DNA of 64,000 nt, from NCBI GenBank assembly GCA_036499305.1, contig DASYDZ010000209.1, positions 12-64,011 of the forward strand, read 5' to 3'. The notes beneath the pieces were generated by a model. The model was not told the DNA's origin, made no database searches, and saw only the letters and a program-made list of their open reading frames with translations. This DNA comes from Candidatus Didemnitutus sp. (GTDB lineage: Bacteria > Verrucomicrobiota > Verrucomicrobiia > Opitutales > Opitutaceae). Position numbers and translations under genes: made by a program. The first letter of the stretch is position 1. Every line of letters begins with the position of its first letter. Positions 29,176 to 39,714 of the stretch are shown here, piece by piece.

Positions 29176-29961
29176 GTGTCCATGCTGGGCTGGTCAATTA
29201 ACTTGTTTCGCATCTTCGGCATACAGCTTTCGGTCCACGCGAGCTTTGCGCTGCTCCTGGCCTACGAAGCGTATGAAGGATGGCAGAGCGGCGGAGCGGC
29301 GGGCATGGGCTGGCAGGTCCTGCTCGTCCTGCTGTTTTTTGTCTGCGTGGTGCTGCATGAACTGGGCCATAGCCTGACGGCGCGCCGCTACGGCGTTCAG
29401 GTGCCGCGCATCCTCCTCATGCCGATCGGCGGCATGGCGGAGTTCGACCGGATTCCGCGTGAGCCCAGTGCCGAGTTGCTGATCACGATCGCGGGTCCGG
29501 CGGTGAATTTCGTCATCTTCGCGGCGATGCTGCCGTTCTTTTGGAGCACGCTCATGAGTGACCAGACTTTTTCCGAACAGTCCTGGCTGGGCGTCGGCAC
29601 GTTGCTGGCCGCCGCCAACCTCGTGATGGGGATCTTCAACCTGCTCCCCGTCTATCCGATGGACGGCGGACGAATCCTCCGGGCGCTGCTCGCGTTGCGG
29701 TTTCCCTACATGAAGGCGACCCGCTACGCGGTCATGACGGCCCGGATCCTGGCTCCGGTTTTCGCCGTCATCGCGTTTCTCGTGCTGCACTGGACCCTGG
29801 TCGGGGTCCTCTTCATTTTCATCTTTTTCGCCGGTGACGCCGAATATCGGCTCCTGGTGCGACGCGAGCAGGAAGCCGCCTATTGGGCGGATATGGCGCG
29901 GCGCGTGGCCGCGGCCAGCGAGCCGACCGAACCTCCCCTGCTCCATCATGGTCCGAACTGA
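29176..29961 (+). CDS. Site-2 protease (M50) family protein
   Basis: HELGH, AGPAVN, FNLLPVYPMDGGR; no CBS domains. Confidence 0.92.
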   Translation: MSMLGWSINLFRIFGIQLSVHASFALLLAYEAYEGWQSGGAAGMGWQVLLVLLFFVCVVLHELGHSLTARRYGVQVPRILLMPIGGMAEFDRIPREPSAELLITIAGPAVNFVIFAAMLPFFWSTLMSDQTFSEQSWLGVGTLLAAANLVMGIFNLLPVYPMDGGRILRALLALRFPYMKATRYAVMTARILAPVFAVIAFLVLHWTLVGVLFIFIFFAGDAEYRLLVRREQEAAYWADMARRVAAASEPTEPPLLHHGPN

Positions 29962-30123
29962 GGCGACGCCCGCATTGAACGTTGCGGGTTGAGAGACCCG
30001 GAAGCTTCCGGCGGGTCTGTTGGCCGGAACGATGCCGTAGGTGAGCGTCGGTTTCCATCCCGATGCCGCTGTAGCCGATGTGGAAATCGGCGACCACCTT
30101 TGTCGCCCGTCCGTCGCCGCGCG
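29962..30123. repeat. Degenerate REP-like intergenic palindromes
   Basis: TGTAGCCGATGTGGAAATCGGC and GACCCGGAAGCTTCCGGCGGGTC hairpins between convergent genes. Confidence 0.35.
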
Positions 30124-31512
30124 TCAGTAGGCGCTGGGCGGTGGCAAAAAGATCTGCAGCAACGTGCGGGCGGCGATCTGGACGTCGAGCCAGAGCGACC
30201 AGTGCCCGAGGTAGTAGAGGTCGAGGCGGACGCGCTCGTGCAGTTGCTCCGGGGTGACAATCTCGCCGCGGAACCCACGACTTTGCGCCAGACCCGTGAT
30301 GCCCGGCCGGATCAGGTGCCGCGTCCTGTACGAACGGGCCTGGCGCTCGAATTCCTCGTCCAGCAGCGGCATGACGGGCCGAGGGCCGACGATGCTCATT
30401 TCGCCGACCAGCACGTTCCAGAACTGCGGGAACTCGTCCAGGCTGTGGCGCCGCAGGAAATGTCCGAACGGATAAATGCGCTGATCATCGCGCGCCGCCT
30501 GCCGCCGCTCGTCGGATTCGCTCGCGGGCGCAAGATGCATGGTCCGGAACTTCACCATCGGAAATGGCGCCCGCTTCTCTCCCGACCGCGGCCGAATGTG
30601 AAACAGCGGTCCGGGCGACTGAAACCGCTGCATCAGCCAGACCAACGTGCACAGTGGCGGCAGGACGAGCACGACGAGCGGTAGCGAGACCGCGAGGTCG
30701 AAGAGCCGTTTGACCGCGCGGTTCAGGGGCTCTTCCAGCGGCTCGTCGTGCAGCGTGAAATAGTGATGGCCCTCCTCCGCGATCGACGCGACCGGATGCC
30801 CGAGACGCTCCTCGATGTCGTGGTGCAGCAGCAGCCGGCAGCCGCGGGCCTGGCACGCCTCCACCACGGCACGGGCCCGGGCGTTTTGCGCCGGCAACTC
30901 CATCAGGACGACCTGTCCGATATTCCGTCCGGCCATCGCCTCCGCCACGGTTTCCGCCGCCGCATCGGACTCGAGCGTGACATATCCGGCCATCTGCAAT
31001 CCCAGGTGGGTTCGCTGCCGCAGCCATTCGTCCGCCTCGGTCCGTCCGTCGCCGCGACCGATGAACAACGTCGGTATCGGTTGTCCGCGCCCGAAAAAAC
31101 GCCGGGCCAGCCACGAAGGCAGCATGAGGTGCAGGACGATCAGGCCCAGCCACGCCAGGACGAGATACGAGCCGAGGAAAAGGCGGCTGATGCTGCGGTC
31201 CTGCGTCGCAAACATCAGGCCGAATGTCACGACGGCCACGATGACCATCTGCCGCGTGGCCAGCCCGGCCGCCTCGCCGCCGGCAAGCCGGGCGAGCCGC
31301 GGACCGACCGCGGTAAGTTGGCCCCAGCCCAAAACGAGGCCGACGACGACCGACAGAAAGTAAGGCACCGGATTCGCCTCCCGGGTCAGGCGGATGCTGT
31401 GGGAGAACCAGGTGATGATCGTTTCCGCGTACAGCCAGTAAAATGCCGCCAGGATGAGCAGCACCAGGGCACCGTGCAGATTCGTCAGACCGCGGTTTCG
31501 ATTGAGAAGCAT
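30124..31512 (-). CDS. Polyprenyl glycosylphosphotransferase (WcaJ/sugar transferase family)
   Basis: N-terminal TMs; KRLFDL, KFRTM, SLDEFPQF, SIVGPRP, PGITGLAQ. Confidence 0.93.
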   Translation of the reverse strand: MLLNRNRGLTNLHGALVLLILAAFYWLYAETIITWFSHSIRLTREANPVPYFLSVVVGLVLGWGQLTAVGPRLARLAGGEAAGLATRQMVIVAVVTFGLMFATQDRSISRLFLGSYLVLAWLGLIVLHLMLPSWLARRFFGRGQPIPTLFIGRGDGRTEADEWLRQRTHLGLQMAGYVTLESDAAAETVAEAMAGRNIGQVVLMELPAQNARARAVVEACQARGCRLLLHHDIEERLGHPVASIAEEGHHYFTLHDEPLEEPLNRAVKRLFDLAVSLPLVVLVLPPLCTLVWLMQRFQSPGPLFHIRPRSGEKRAPFPMVKFRTMHLAPASESDERRQAARDDQRIYPFGHFLRRHSLDEFPQFWNVLVGEMSIVGPRPVMPLLDEEFERQARSYRTRHLIRPGITGLAQSRGFRGEIVTPEQLHERVRLDLYYLGHWSLWLDVQIAARTLLQIFLPPPSAY

Positions 31513-31575
31513 CGCCAGTTGCGCGCGCGAGGTAACAGGGTCCCGCGGTCGCCCGCAAGCGTGCGTCGGCCCAGC

Positions 31576-33342
31576 CTAACGGCCCGCCTTCGCCGCGAGC
31601 ACCGTGCGGATGCCGGCGAGGGGCCGGGTTGTGACGACGTGCGCGGGGGTCAGCCAGCCCTTGCGCGCCGCACCGACGCCAATCTCATAGTACGCGAGCT
31701 GACCGACCGAGTGCGCATCCGGGTTGATGGAGGTCAGGACGCCTTTTTCCGCGGCCCGCCGCCAGTGGCGCCAATCCATGTCGAGCCGGAGGGGATTCGC
31801 GTTGAGTTCGATGATGACGCGATTCGCCGCGGCCGCGTCGATCACCTTGTCCACGTCGACGTCGTAACCCTCGCGTTCGAGCAGAATCCGCCCGGTCAGA
31901 TGCCCGAGCATCGTGACACGCGGGTGCTCAATCGCCCGGATGATCCGTCGGGTCATGTCGGCGCGCGACTGCTGGAAGGATGAGTGCACCGACACGACCA
32001 CATAGTCGAGCTGGGCCAGGACATCGTCCGGAAAATCAAGCCGCCCGTCCGGCAGGATGTCGCATTCGCTGCCGCTGAACACCCAGGTCTTGAACTTCTT
32101 CGCGGCGTTGAGCGCCCGGATCTCCGCGACCTGGGCCGCGAGGCGGACCTCGTCGAGCCCTCGGGCCTGGAAGCTCGACTTGGAATGGTCGGAAATGCCG
32201 AGGTATTCCAAGCCGAGCGTCTCCGCCGCCGCCGTCATCTCCTCGAGCGTGTTGTGACCGTCGGATGCCGTGGTGTGATTGTGGAAAACACCGCGGATGT
32301 CCCGCACGGTGATCAAATGGGGAAGTTCGCCCTTTTCGGCCGCCTCGATCTCGCCCTGGCCCTCCCGCAGCTCGGGCGGAATGAAGGCCAGCCCGAGTTT
32401 GCGGAACAGGGTTTCCTCGGAGTCGACGTCGGTTTTCCGCCCCTGGTCCTCCGCTTTCTGCTTCGCGGTCCCCTCGCCTTCGGCCGCCACGAGGCCCCAC
32501 TCGCTCAGGGACAATCCACGCGCCAGAGCCCGCTGGCGCATCTGGACGTTGTGATCCTTCGACCCCGTGAAATGATGGAGCGCAAAGACAAACTGTTCGG
32601 GCGGCACGAGGCGCAGGTCGGCCTGGATGCCCGACTGCAGCCTGACGCTCGCCTTTGTCTCGCCGTGAGCGGTGACTTCGCGGACACCCTCCCGCGCCAC
32701 GAACCAGTCCCCCACCGGTTTCGGCTCGCGCGTCGCGACCAGGAAATCCAGGTCGCCCACCGTTTCCACGCGTCGCCGCAGACTGCCTGCGTGCTCGGCC
32801 CGCAACACCTGCGGCAGCGAACGCAATCCCGCGAGAATGGGTTCCGCGACCGTCCAGGCGGCAAACCAGATGTGCCGGTTGCCGTAGCGCTCGCGGTTCC
32901 GGATGCCGGCCAGAATTTTCTCCTGCGTCTTTTCCCCGAAGCCCTCGAGTGCGGCAACGCGGCCGTCCGCGCAGGCCGCCTGAAGCTTCTCGATCGAGTC
33001 GATGCCCAGCCGCTCGTGCAGCGCCCTCACCTTCTTCGGGCCGACGCCGGGAATCCCCAGCAGGTCCACGAGATCGGGCGGAAGCGACGTCTTCAGCTTT
33101 TCATAAAACTCAAGGCGGCCGGTCGTGGCCAGTTCGGTGACCTTTTGCCCCAGCGCCTCACCGATCCCCTTGACGTCCTGAAGTGTTCCGTCGGCGACCC
33201 GTTTTTGGAGCTCATCCTCGGCCAGGCCCTCGATCGCGCGCGCGCCCGTCTGGTAGGCGCGGACCTTGAAGGGATTTTCCCCCTTGAGTTCGAGGAGCAC
33301 GCCAATGTCGGTCAAAACCGACGCGATTTCAGACTTGGTCAC
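31576..33342 (-). CDS. polX: DNA polymerase X with C-terminal PHP domain
   Basis: FKVRAY, IPGVGPKK, AGSLRR, GDLD, FTGSKDHN, HNHTTASDG, HLTGR. Confidence 0.95.
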   Translation of the reverse strand: MTKSEIASVLTDIGVLLELKGENPFKVRAYQTGARAIEGLAEDELQKRVADGTLQDVKGIGEALGQKVTELATTGRLEFYEKLKTSLPPDLVDLLGIPGVGPKKVRALHERLGIDSIEKLQAACADGRVAALEGFGEKTQEKILAGIRNRERYGNRHIWFAAWTVAEPILAGLRSLPQVLRAEHAGSLRRRVETVGDLDFLVATREPKPVGDWFVAREGVREVTAHGETKASVRLQSGIQADLRLVPPEQFVFALHHFTGSKDHNVQMRQRALARGLSLSEWGLVAAEGEGTAKQKAEDQGRKTDVDSEETLFRKLGLAFIPPELREGQGEIEAAEKGELPHLITVRDIRGVFHNHTTASDGHNTLEEMTAAAETLGLEYLGISDHSKSSFQARGLDEVRLAAQVAEIRALNAAKKFKTWVFSGSECDILPDGRLDFPDDVLAQLDYVVVSVHSSFQQSRADMTRRIIRAIEHPRVTMLGHLTGRILLEREGYDVDVDKVIDAAAANRVIIELNANPLRLDMDWRHWRRAAEKGVLTSINPDAHSVGQLAYYEIGVGAARKGWLTPAHVVTTRPLAGIRTVLAAKAGR

Positions 33343-33412
33343 CCCGCAAACGAAACAGTGAATCGACGCCCGCGCAAAGCATTCCGCAGTCCCCGTGGAA
33401 ACACCGGACAGC

Positions 33413-33555
33413 TAAGCCGGACTCATGCAGTTGGGGGTGGAACGCGTTGTCTCAACACGTTCGCGAAACGAAGCGCGTTGAGGACAACACGCTCCACCAT
33501 TTGATTCGCAGTTTCATAGAGCCAATCGAGTGTTCAATTGCATGAGTCCGGCTAA
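33413..33555. mobile_element. 137-bp MITE-like element (33416-33552) with 18-bp TIRs and TAA target duplication, carrying a REP pair
   Basis: Left TIR GCCGGACTCATGCAGTTG; right TIR reverse complement GCCGGACTCATGCAATTG (17/18); TAA on both outer sides; internal inverted GGTGG...CCACC pair at 33436-33498. Confidence 0.75.
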
Positions 33556-34778
33556 GCGATGCTGCCCGCGAGCGACCGGATGATCTCGCTTCGCCGGACC
33601 TTCCCGTTGTCCGACCGAGGCCAGTCCGAAAGGGCGATGTAGCGCTTGGGATGTTTGAATTTCGCCAGGGCCGCGAGCAGGGTCGCCTGCACTCTGGCCA
33701 GATCCGGTTCTTGTCCGGACGCGTAGGCCGCCACCACTTCCTGGCCCCATTCCCGGTGCGGCAGTCCAACCACGACGACGTCGGTGAATTGCCCGGTTGC
33801 CCGCAGGGCCGCCTCCACTTCGTCGGGGAAGACCTTTTCCCCTCCGGTGATAATCACGCCATCGCGACGACCGAGCACGTGCAGCCGGCGGTTTTCGTCG
33901 ATCGAACCCAGGTCTTCCGTGACAAAACTGCGGCCCGCGGAGAAGTCGGGGAAATAGCCGCGACACACCGATTCACCGGTAATGGCAATCACACCGTCGG
34001 CGCCGACGGCGATGTGCGCATGCGGGAGCGCGCGCCCGGAGCTGCGATCGCCGCGAAGGAAATCCTCCGGCCGCACGGCCGAGACCATGGCCGCGGTCTC
34101 GGTCATGCCATAGCCCACCGAAACCGGCAGCGACGCCTCGGCCGCCCGATCCAGCAGCGACGACCAGGCGGGAGCGCCACCGACAAGGATCACGCGAAAC
34201 CGGTGCAGCCAGTCAAGTCCATCGGCTCGCGCGAGCAGTCGCTCCAGTTGCGTAGGAACCAGCGACAGCAACCATCCGTCCGTTCGTTCGGGCGGGATCG
34301 GCAACACACCCGACGAGATCTCCCGCCAGTCGCCCGCCAGAAAGTCGCCCCCGGTGAGGACGTTGCGCATCCACGCCATCAAGCCGCCGACATGAAACAA
34401 GGGCAGAACCCCGAACACGTTCACTTTGCCGAGGCCGAAATGGGAAGTGAACCCCTGCACCGCCGCCGCGATCGTCGCGCCATCGTGCCGGGCAAAACGA
34501 ATGCTTCCGGATGAACCGCCGGTCGGGATCATCAGCCATCCGCGATCGCCCGCCGCCGGACCGGCCTGATTCGCGATGGCATCCGCCGCCGTCCGTTCCG
34601 CGGCACTCCACGCCGGATTCCCCAGGAACACATCGCGGCGTCCGGCCAGCGCGGCGGCGAATCCCGCGCGGAATTCATCCGCCGAGGCTTCAACCACGAG
34701 ATTGGACGAGGAACCCGTGGCCGACGGAATCCGACCGAGGGAACGCATGACCGCCGCGGTCAACTCAGCGCGTTCCAC
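33552..34778 (-). CDS. menE: MenE-like AMP-binding enzyme (o-succinylbenzoate-CoA ligase)
   Basis: PTGGSSG, YGMTETA, TEDLG, GRRD...ITGGEKV, FKHPK; follows the menC-like gene; GTG start inferred. Confidence 0.78.
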   Translation of the reverse strand: MERAELTAAVMRSLGRIPSATGSSSNLVVEASADEFRAGFAAALAGRRDVFLGNPAWSAAERTAADAIANQAGPAAGDRGWLMIPTGGSSGSIRFARHDGATIAAAVQGFTSHFGLGKVNVFGVLPLFHVGGLMAWMRNVLTGGDFLAGDWREISSGVLPIPPERTDGWLLSLVPTQLERLLARADGLDWLHRFRVILVGGAPAWSSLLDRAAEASLPVSVGYGMTETAAMVSAVRPEDFLRGDRSSGRALPHAHIAVGADGVIAITGESVCRGYFPDFSAGRSFVTEDLGSIDENRRLHVLGRRDGVIITGGEKVFPDEVEAALRATGQFTDVVVVGLPHREWGQEVVAAYASGQEPDLARVQATLLAALAKFKHPKRYIALSDWPRSDNGKVRRSEIIRSLAGSIA

Positions 34779-35749
34779 AGGGCCTCCGGGGAAACCGCGT
34801 TGATCCACGTTGCGTCGAGCAGCGGCGCCATGGCCGGTCCGTTCCATCCCTCATCGACGAAAATGGGCCCCACGCCCAGGCCGGCCGCCCGTCGTGTCAC
34901 TTTTTCGTCGCACGCGAGACGAACAAGCGCGGTCCGCCCCACCGCGGTTTCAATCGAGCTCGATATCACCACGTCGGCCCCGCTGCGGGCGACCCACTCC
35001 GTGATTTCGTCGGGCGGTCCCGCGAGCGCTGGTTTTATCACGAAGATCCCGCGCCACCCGCGTTCCTGCCACTCCCGGGCGGCGGCCAGCGTGGCCACCG
35101 ATTCGTCAAGCGCCAGTGTCACCGGATAATCGGCGGCCAGCCCGAGCAACCCGTCGACATCCTCCGGGCTCAGCGGCTGTTCGAAAAACTCCACCGGCCG
35201 CCCGGCCCCGCGATCCAGCCACCGCGCGGCCGTGCGGCGGTCCCACGCGCCGTTCGCGTCGACGCGTAATCGTGCGTACGCGGGCAGCGCGGCGAGCAGA
35301 TCGTCGAGCATCGCCATCTCGTCGGCGGGCGCCTCGACACCGACCTTCCATTTGAACGAGAGGAATCCATCGGCGAGCCGGTCGGGCAGCATCTCGATCG
35401 CAGCCCGCCCGGCCGGCAGCAGCGCCGTGACCGGCCGACGCCCGGGAGGCATCGTCACCGGCGCCAGGGCGCAGGCCAGCGCAAACCGCACACAGCCGAA
35501 ACGCGCCGGCACCGCCTGCAGCAAGTCCGCCGCCGGCCGATCTCCCAGGCCCGCGAGGCGGGCGTCGGCTTCGGCCAGTGTTTCGGTCCCGAACCACGGA
35601 ATGGGCGCCGCCTCGCCGAATCCGGTGACTCCCGACGGCGATTCGAGGCGCACCAGGATTCCCTCCCGCTTGCTCCATGAACCGTGGGCCGTGCGCAGCG
35701 CATGGCGCATCGGCAGGCGGTATGACTTGCGGGCCAGGCGATATTCCAT
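34760..35749 (-). CDS. menC: o-succinylbenzoate synthase (enolase superfamily)
   Basis: GEAAP, FKWKVG, RVDANG, EQP, LDES, IKP, SSSIET. Confidence 0.85.
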   Translation of the reverse strand: MEYRLARKSYRLPMRHALRTAHGSWSKREGILVRLESPSGVTGFGEAAPIPWFGTETLAEADARLAGLGDRPAADLLQAVPARFGCVRFALACALAPVTMPPGRRPVTALLPAGRAAIEMLPDRLADGFLSFKWKVGVEAPADEMAMLDDLLAALPAYARLRVDANGAWDRRTAARWLDRGAGRPVEFFEQPLSPEDVDGLLGLAADYPVTLALDESVATLAAAREWQERGWRGIFVIKPALAGPPDEITEWVARSGADVVISSSIETAVGRTALVRLACDEKVTRRAAGLGVGPIFVDEGWNGPAMAPLLDATWINAVSPEALWNALS

Positions 35750-35861
35750 CTCCACCCAGACAAGCAGCGTGAAGGCCGAAAGGAAAGCGGCGAAGGCGGC
35801 GCGGTCCGCGCGAAATAAACGTTGAGGTTTGCGGCGAGCGGAGTATTTCGTCCACGGCAAC

Positions 35862-37424
35862 ATGACCAAGACTGTTGCTGCAGACGGTGAGTATTATCTG
35901 CCGGCGAATCGCTTTTTCGCCCTCAATCAACCGGTCGCGCTGACCTATGACGATGTCTCGCTCGCGACCGCATACAGCGAGGTCCTGCCCAAGGATGCCG
36001 ACCTGGCCACGGAGCTGTCCGACTCGCTGCGACTCCAGATCCCGATCGTGTCCTCCGACATGGACACCGTCACGGAGTCCGGCATGGCGATCGCGATGGC
36101 GCTCAACGGCGGCCTGGGACTGATCCACTGCAATCTGCCGCCCAACGACCAGGTGAAGGAAGTGGCCCGCGTGAAACGCCACATCCACGGACTCATCCAG
36201 GACCCGATCACCGTGGCCCCCGATTCCTCGGTCGGCGACGTCCTCGCCCTGATCGAGCAGCGCCGGTTTGATTTTCGGACGTTCCCGGTCGCCGACAGCG
36301 AGGGTCGCCTGGTCGGGTTGCTGTCCGGCAATCTGGTCAAGGAGCGATACAAGGCGCGGCGGGTCGCCGACGTGATGACACCGCGCAAGCAGCTCGTCAC
36401 CGTTCCGCACAAACGCATGTCCGCGGACCCGATCAAGGAGGCGGACCGCTTCTTCAACGAGAACGTCGGTCTCCACAAAATCCTCGTCGTGGACGAGCAG
36501 GATCGCCTGCGGGGGCTGGTCACAATTTCCGATGTCGAACGCATCACCACCGAGGCCAAGTCGCATCGGAAGCCGGCGCGCGACAGCCAGTTTCGCCTCG
36601 TCGCCGGAGCCGCCATCGCGCCGGTGCGCCGTCCAACGGGCGAACTGCATCGCGACCGGATAATCTCCCAGGTCGGGGCGCTGGTTGACGAGGCGGTCGA
36701 TGTCGTGGCGGTCTCCACCGCCCACGGGCACACCGCCGGCGTCGGTGACATGGTGAAGATGATCCGCCGGGAATTCAAAAACCTCACGATCATCGCGGGC
36801 AACGTGACCTCGGCCTCCGGCGTGGAATACCTGGCCGCCTGCGGCGCCGACGCGATCAAGATCGGCCAGGGCCCGGGCTCGATCTGCACGACTCGGCTGG
36901 TCGCGGGGGTGGGCATCCCACAGCTCACGGCGCTTTACGTGGCCAGCCGGGCGGCCGCGAAAAGGCGTGTCCGTCTTCTTGCCGACGGAGGAATCACGAA
37001 GTCGGGCGATATTGTGAAGGCCCTCACTCTCGCGGATGCCGTCATCCTCGGCGGCTTGCTGGCCGGTTGCCGCGAAGCGCCCGGAGAAGTGCTCGAGATC
37101 TCGGGCAAGCTCTACAAGCAATATCGCGGAATGGGCAGCGCGGCGGCGATGAAGGCGGGCTCCGCGGCGCGCTATGGCCACGACAGGACTGACACGAACC
37201 GCAAGGTGGCGGCCGAGGGCATCGAGGCCCTGAAGGAGGTTTCCGGCTCGGCGGACGATGTCCTGGGCACCCTTCTGGGTGGCGTGCAGTCGGGCATGGG
37301 ATATCTCGGTGCGCGAACCCTGGGCGAAATCAAGGCCCGCGCCCGCTACGTCCGGGTCACGCCGGCGGGACAAAAGGAAGCGGCGCCGCACGACGTGATT
37401 GAAGTGGCGACCCGCAAAGGTTAA
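35862..37424 (+). CDS. guaB: IMP dehydrogenase with CBS domains
   Basis: [30 protein letters not shown] (Cys), YRGMGS, EGIE. Confidence 0.95.
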   Translation: MTKTVAADGEYYLPANRFFALNQPVALTYDDVSLATAYSEVLPKDADLATELSDSLRLQIPIVSSDMDTVTESGMAIAMALNGGLGLIHCNLPPNDQVKEVARVKRHIHGLIQDPITVAPDSSVGDVLALIEQRRFDFRTFPVADSEGRLVGLLSGNLVKERYKARRVADVMTPRKQLVTVPHKRMSADPIKEADRFFNENVGLHKILVVDEQDRLRGLVTISDVERITTEAKSHRKPARDSQFRLVAGAAIAPVRRPTGELHRDRIISQVGALVDEAVDVVAVSTAHGHTAGVGDMVKMIRREFKNLTIIAGNVTSASGVEYLAACGADAIKIGQGPGSICTTRLVAGVGIPQLTALYVASRAAAKRRVRLLADGGITKSGDIVKALTLADAVILGGLLAGCREAPGEVLEISGKLYKQYRGMGSAAAMKAGSAARYGHDRTDTNRKVAAEGIEALKEVSGSADDVLGTLLGGVQSGMGYLGARTLGEIKARARYVRVTPAGQKEAAPHDVIEVATRKG

Positions 37425-38043
37425 GCCGCGGACCTTCGGCGCCGTGTCCGCGAAAACCGCTGTCCGCCGTTTTCGGCGCGTTCCCAGGGTTACCCTGGGG
37501 CTCGCGATCGCGACAATCGCCATTCACGCGTCGGGCATCGGTCCGGACCTGCTCTATCAGCGATCGAACATCCTGCATGGCGCCATCTGGCGTGCCTGGA
37601 CCGGGCATTTCGTGCATTTCAATCTGAGCCACTTGTTCTGGAATCTTTGCGTCTTCATCCCCGCTGGAGGATGGTTTGAACTCATTCACCCGCGGGCCGC
37701 CCGATGGTTTTACCTTCTTTCGCCCGTCTTCATCTCGGCCGTTCTCCTGGCCGCCGAGCCGGGGCTGCTGGCCTATGGCGGGCTCTCGGGGGTCGCCACC
37801 GGCATCCTGGTATGCCTCGCCTGCTCCCAGGTCGGAACGCAATCCTCCAGTCCGGCGTGGTTCTGGTGGGGCGTCCTCGTCATCGTCGCGGCCAAGATCA
37901 CGGTCGAATCGGTTTCCGGACAAGCCATGCTGGTGACCGGGATCCGCGACGTGCCGCTGGCGCATGTCGCCGGGGCGGCGGTGGGAGTCATCTTCGGATT
38001 GGCGGCCCGCCGCGGCGGGGGCGCCGAGCGTCATGCCGGATGA
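37399..38043 (+). CDS. Rhombosortase-like rhomboid intramembrane serine protease
   Basis: [21 protein letters not shown] (Ser), PLAHVAG (His); start uncertain. Confidence 0.8.
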   Translation: MKWRPAKVKPRTFGAVSAKTAVRRFRRVPRVTLGLAIATIAIHASGIGPDLLYQRSNILHGAIWRAWTGHFVHFNLSHLFWNLCVFIPAGGWFELIHPRAARWFYLLSPVFISAVLLAAEPGLLAYGGLSGVATGILVCLACSQVGTQSSSPAWFWWGVLVIVAAKITVESVSGQAMLVTGIRDVPLAHVAGAAVGVIFGLAARRGGGAERHAG

Positions 38044-38118
38044 TTTGCCTTGCCGCATGCCGGGCGGTCGCGTTTTTGCTTTTCGGCAACCGGGACCGCT
38101 TCGGCTGCCATCCATCGC

Positions 38119-39651
38119 ATGTCGCTCCCCCCTTTCAGCAGCCGGCTCATCGCGGATGTCGGCATTTCCTTCGGTGACGAAGGCAAGGGGCGCCTGATTC
38201 CGGAGGTGGTCGAGGAGCTGCGTTCGACCCCCGCCGCGGTCTCCGTGGTCTTCAAGGTCAATGGCGGCTCGAACTCCGGCCACACGGCGGGCGGGCTGAA
38301 GCTTAACCTCCTGCCCGCAGGTGTGGTCGAGGAATCCGTCCGCCACCTTTGCCTCGGGGCCGGGGTCGTGGCCGATCCCCGGAAGATCCTGTGGGAATCG
38401 GTGCCGTTGGAGAAAAAGGGCTACCGGATCTTTTCGCGCCTGCTCGTGGACGAACGGGCCATGTGCTCCGATCTCTCGCATCGCCTCCTCGACCTCGCAT
38501 GGGAGGACTACCGCGTCAACATCCTGCAGGAGGAGCCGCGCGGTTCCACCGGGCGCGGGATCACGCCCGCGTACCAGGACGAGACCGGGCAGTGGCAGAT
38601 CACGTTCGCCGATTTTCTCGGCGGGCCGAACTTTTTCGCGCGCAAACTCGCCCAGCGCGCGGATCGGGCCCTGCGGACGATCCAGCACGTCTGCCGGACC
38701 AGCGCGGCCGTTTGGGACGGATTCTTTGAACGGCTGACGACGGCCGAGACGCGCGCGCATGCCGAGCTGATCGAGGCGGGCCTATTCGCACGCGAGGAAT
38801 TCGATTTCGGGCGTTTCCGCGGGCCCGAGCCCTTCACGCTGGATCTGGAAAAACTGACGGCCGCCTACTGGGAGGCGGGCCAGCGCCTGCGGACGTGCAT
38901 CGGCGACGTGCGCGAACTCGCGCTCGGCGAGCTGGCCGCCGGCCGATCCATCATCGGCGAGTTCGGGCAGGCCTTCTGGCTCGACAAGCGGCACGGTTTC
39001 TCGCCGAACGTGACGGCCTCGCATACCTTCACGCCGGAATTTTTCTCGAGCGCCGGCCTGCCGGTCCAGCCGGTGCACACGTTTGCGGTGGCCAAGGCCT
39101 ATGACACCAAGGTCGGAACGCACACCTTCATCACGCAGATGGAGGACGGGCAGCCGCTCGGCCAGCGCCTGAAGCAGCTCGAGTTTGGCACGACGACGGG
39201 ACGGCAGCGCATGGTGGGCTGGTATGATGCGGTCGAAAAAGGCGACGCCCTGCGCTACGGCGGATTCCAGGATTTGATGATCAACAAGATCGACGCGCTG
39301 ACCGGCGGCGAGGAGTTGCGCGTTTGCATTGCCTACGAGGACGAGTCGGGCCGCCGCCTCGCGCATGTGCCGCGGAACGAGGCGCTGCGCCGCACGCTGC
39401 GGCCCGTATATACAACCCATCCGGGATGGACCGAGGATATTTCCCGGGTCCGCCGGTTCGGCGATCTTCCGCGCGCGGCCCAACGCTATGCCGCGGCGAT
39501 GGTGCGCAGCGTGGTGGCGGTCGCGTACGGCGATCGCCTGCCCGGCACCCTGCCCAATCTTCGCTATCTCGGGGTCGGTCCGGCGCCGTCGCAGATCATC
39601 CGCGACGTGCCGTCCACGACCGCGCTGCTCGCCCTGGACCGCGGGCAATAA
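38119..39651 (+). CDS. purA: Adenylosuccinate synthetase (with internal insertion)
   Basis: [38 protein letters not shown]. Confidence 0.92.
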   Translation: MSLPPFSSRLIADVGISFGDEGKGRLIPEVVEELRSTPAAVSVVFKVNGGSNSGHTAGGLKLNLLPAGVVEESVRHLCLGAGVVADPRKILWESVPLEKKGYRIFSRLLVDERAMCSDLSHRLLDLAWEDYRVNILQEEPRGSTGRGITPAYQDETGQWQITFADFLGGPNFFARKLAQRADRALRTIQHVCRTSAAVWDGFFERLTTAETRAHAELIEAGLFAREEFDFGRFRGPEPFTLDLEKLTAAYWEAGQRLRTCIGDVRELALGELAAGRSIIGEFGQAFWLDKRHGFSPNVTASHTFTPEFFSSAGLPVQPVHTFAVAKAYDTKVGTHTFITQMEDGQPLGQRLKQLEFGTTTGRQRMVGWYDAVEKGDALRYGGFQDLMINKIDALTGGEELRVCIAYEDESGRRLAHVPRNEALRRTLRPVYTTHPGWTEDISRVRRFGDLPRAAQRYAAAMVRSVVAVAYGDRLPGTLPNLRYLGVGPAPSQIIRDVPSTTALLALDRGQ

Positions 39652-39714
39652 AAACCCCTGCCGGAGCGAACAAAGTTCGCCCGGGCCGGGGAGTACGAAG
39701 CAACGAACGCGGCC

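Noticed and set aside
33552-34778. AMP-binding enzyme as the missing OleC
   Set aside because: Coupled to a menC-like gene and 7 kb from the ole operon; MenE is more parsimonious.
35106-37523. 805-aa - strand ORF and other long antisense ORFs (e.g. 14282..15490, 31984..33504, 58738..60807 part)
   Set aside because: Antisense to well-supported genes (guaB, lepA, polX, priA); Arg/Ala/Gly-rich shadow translations.
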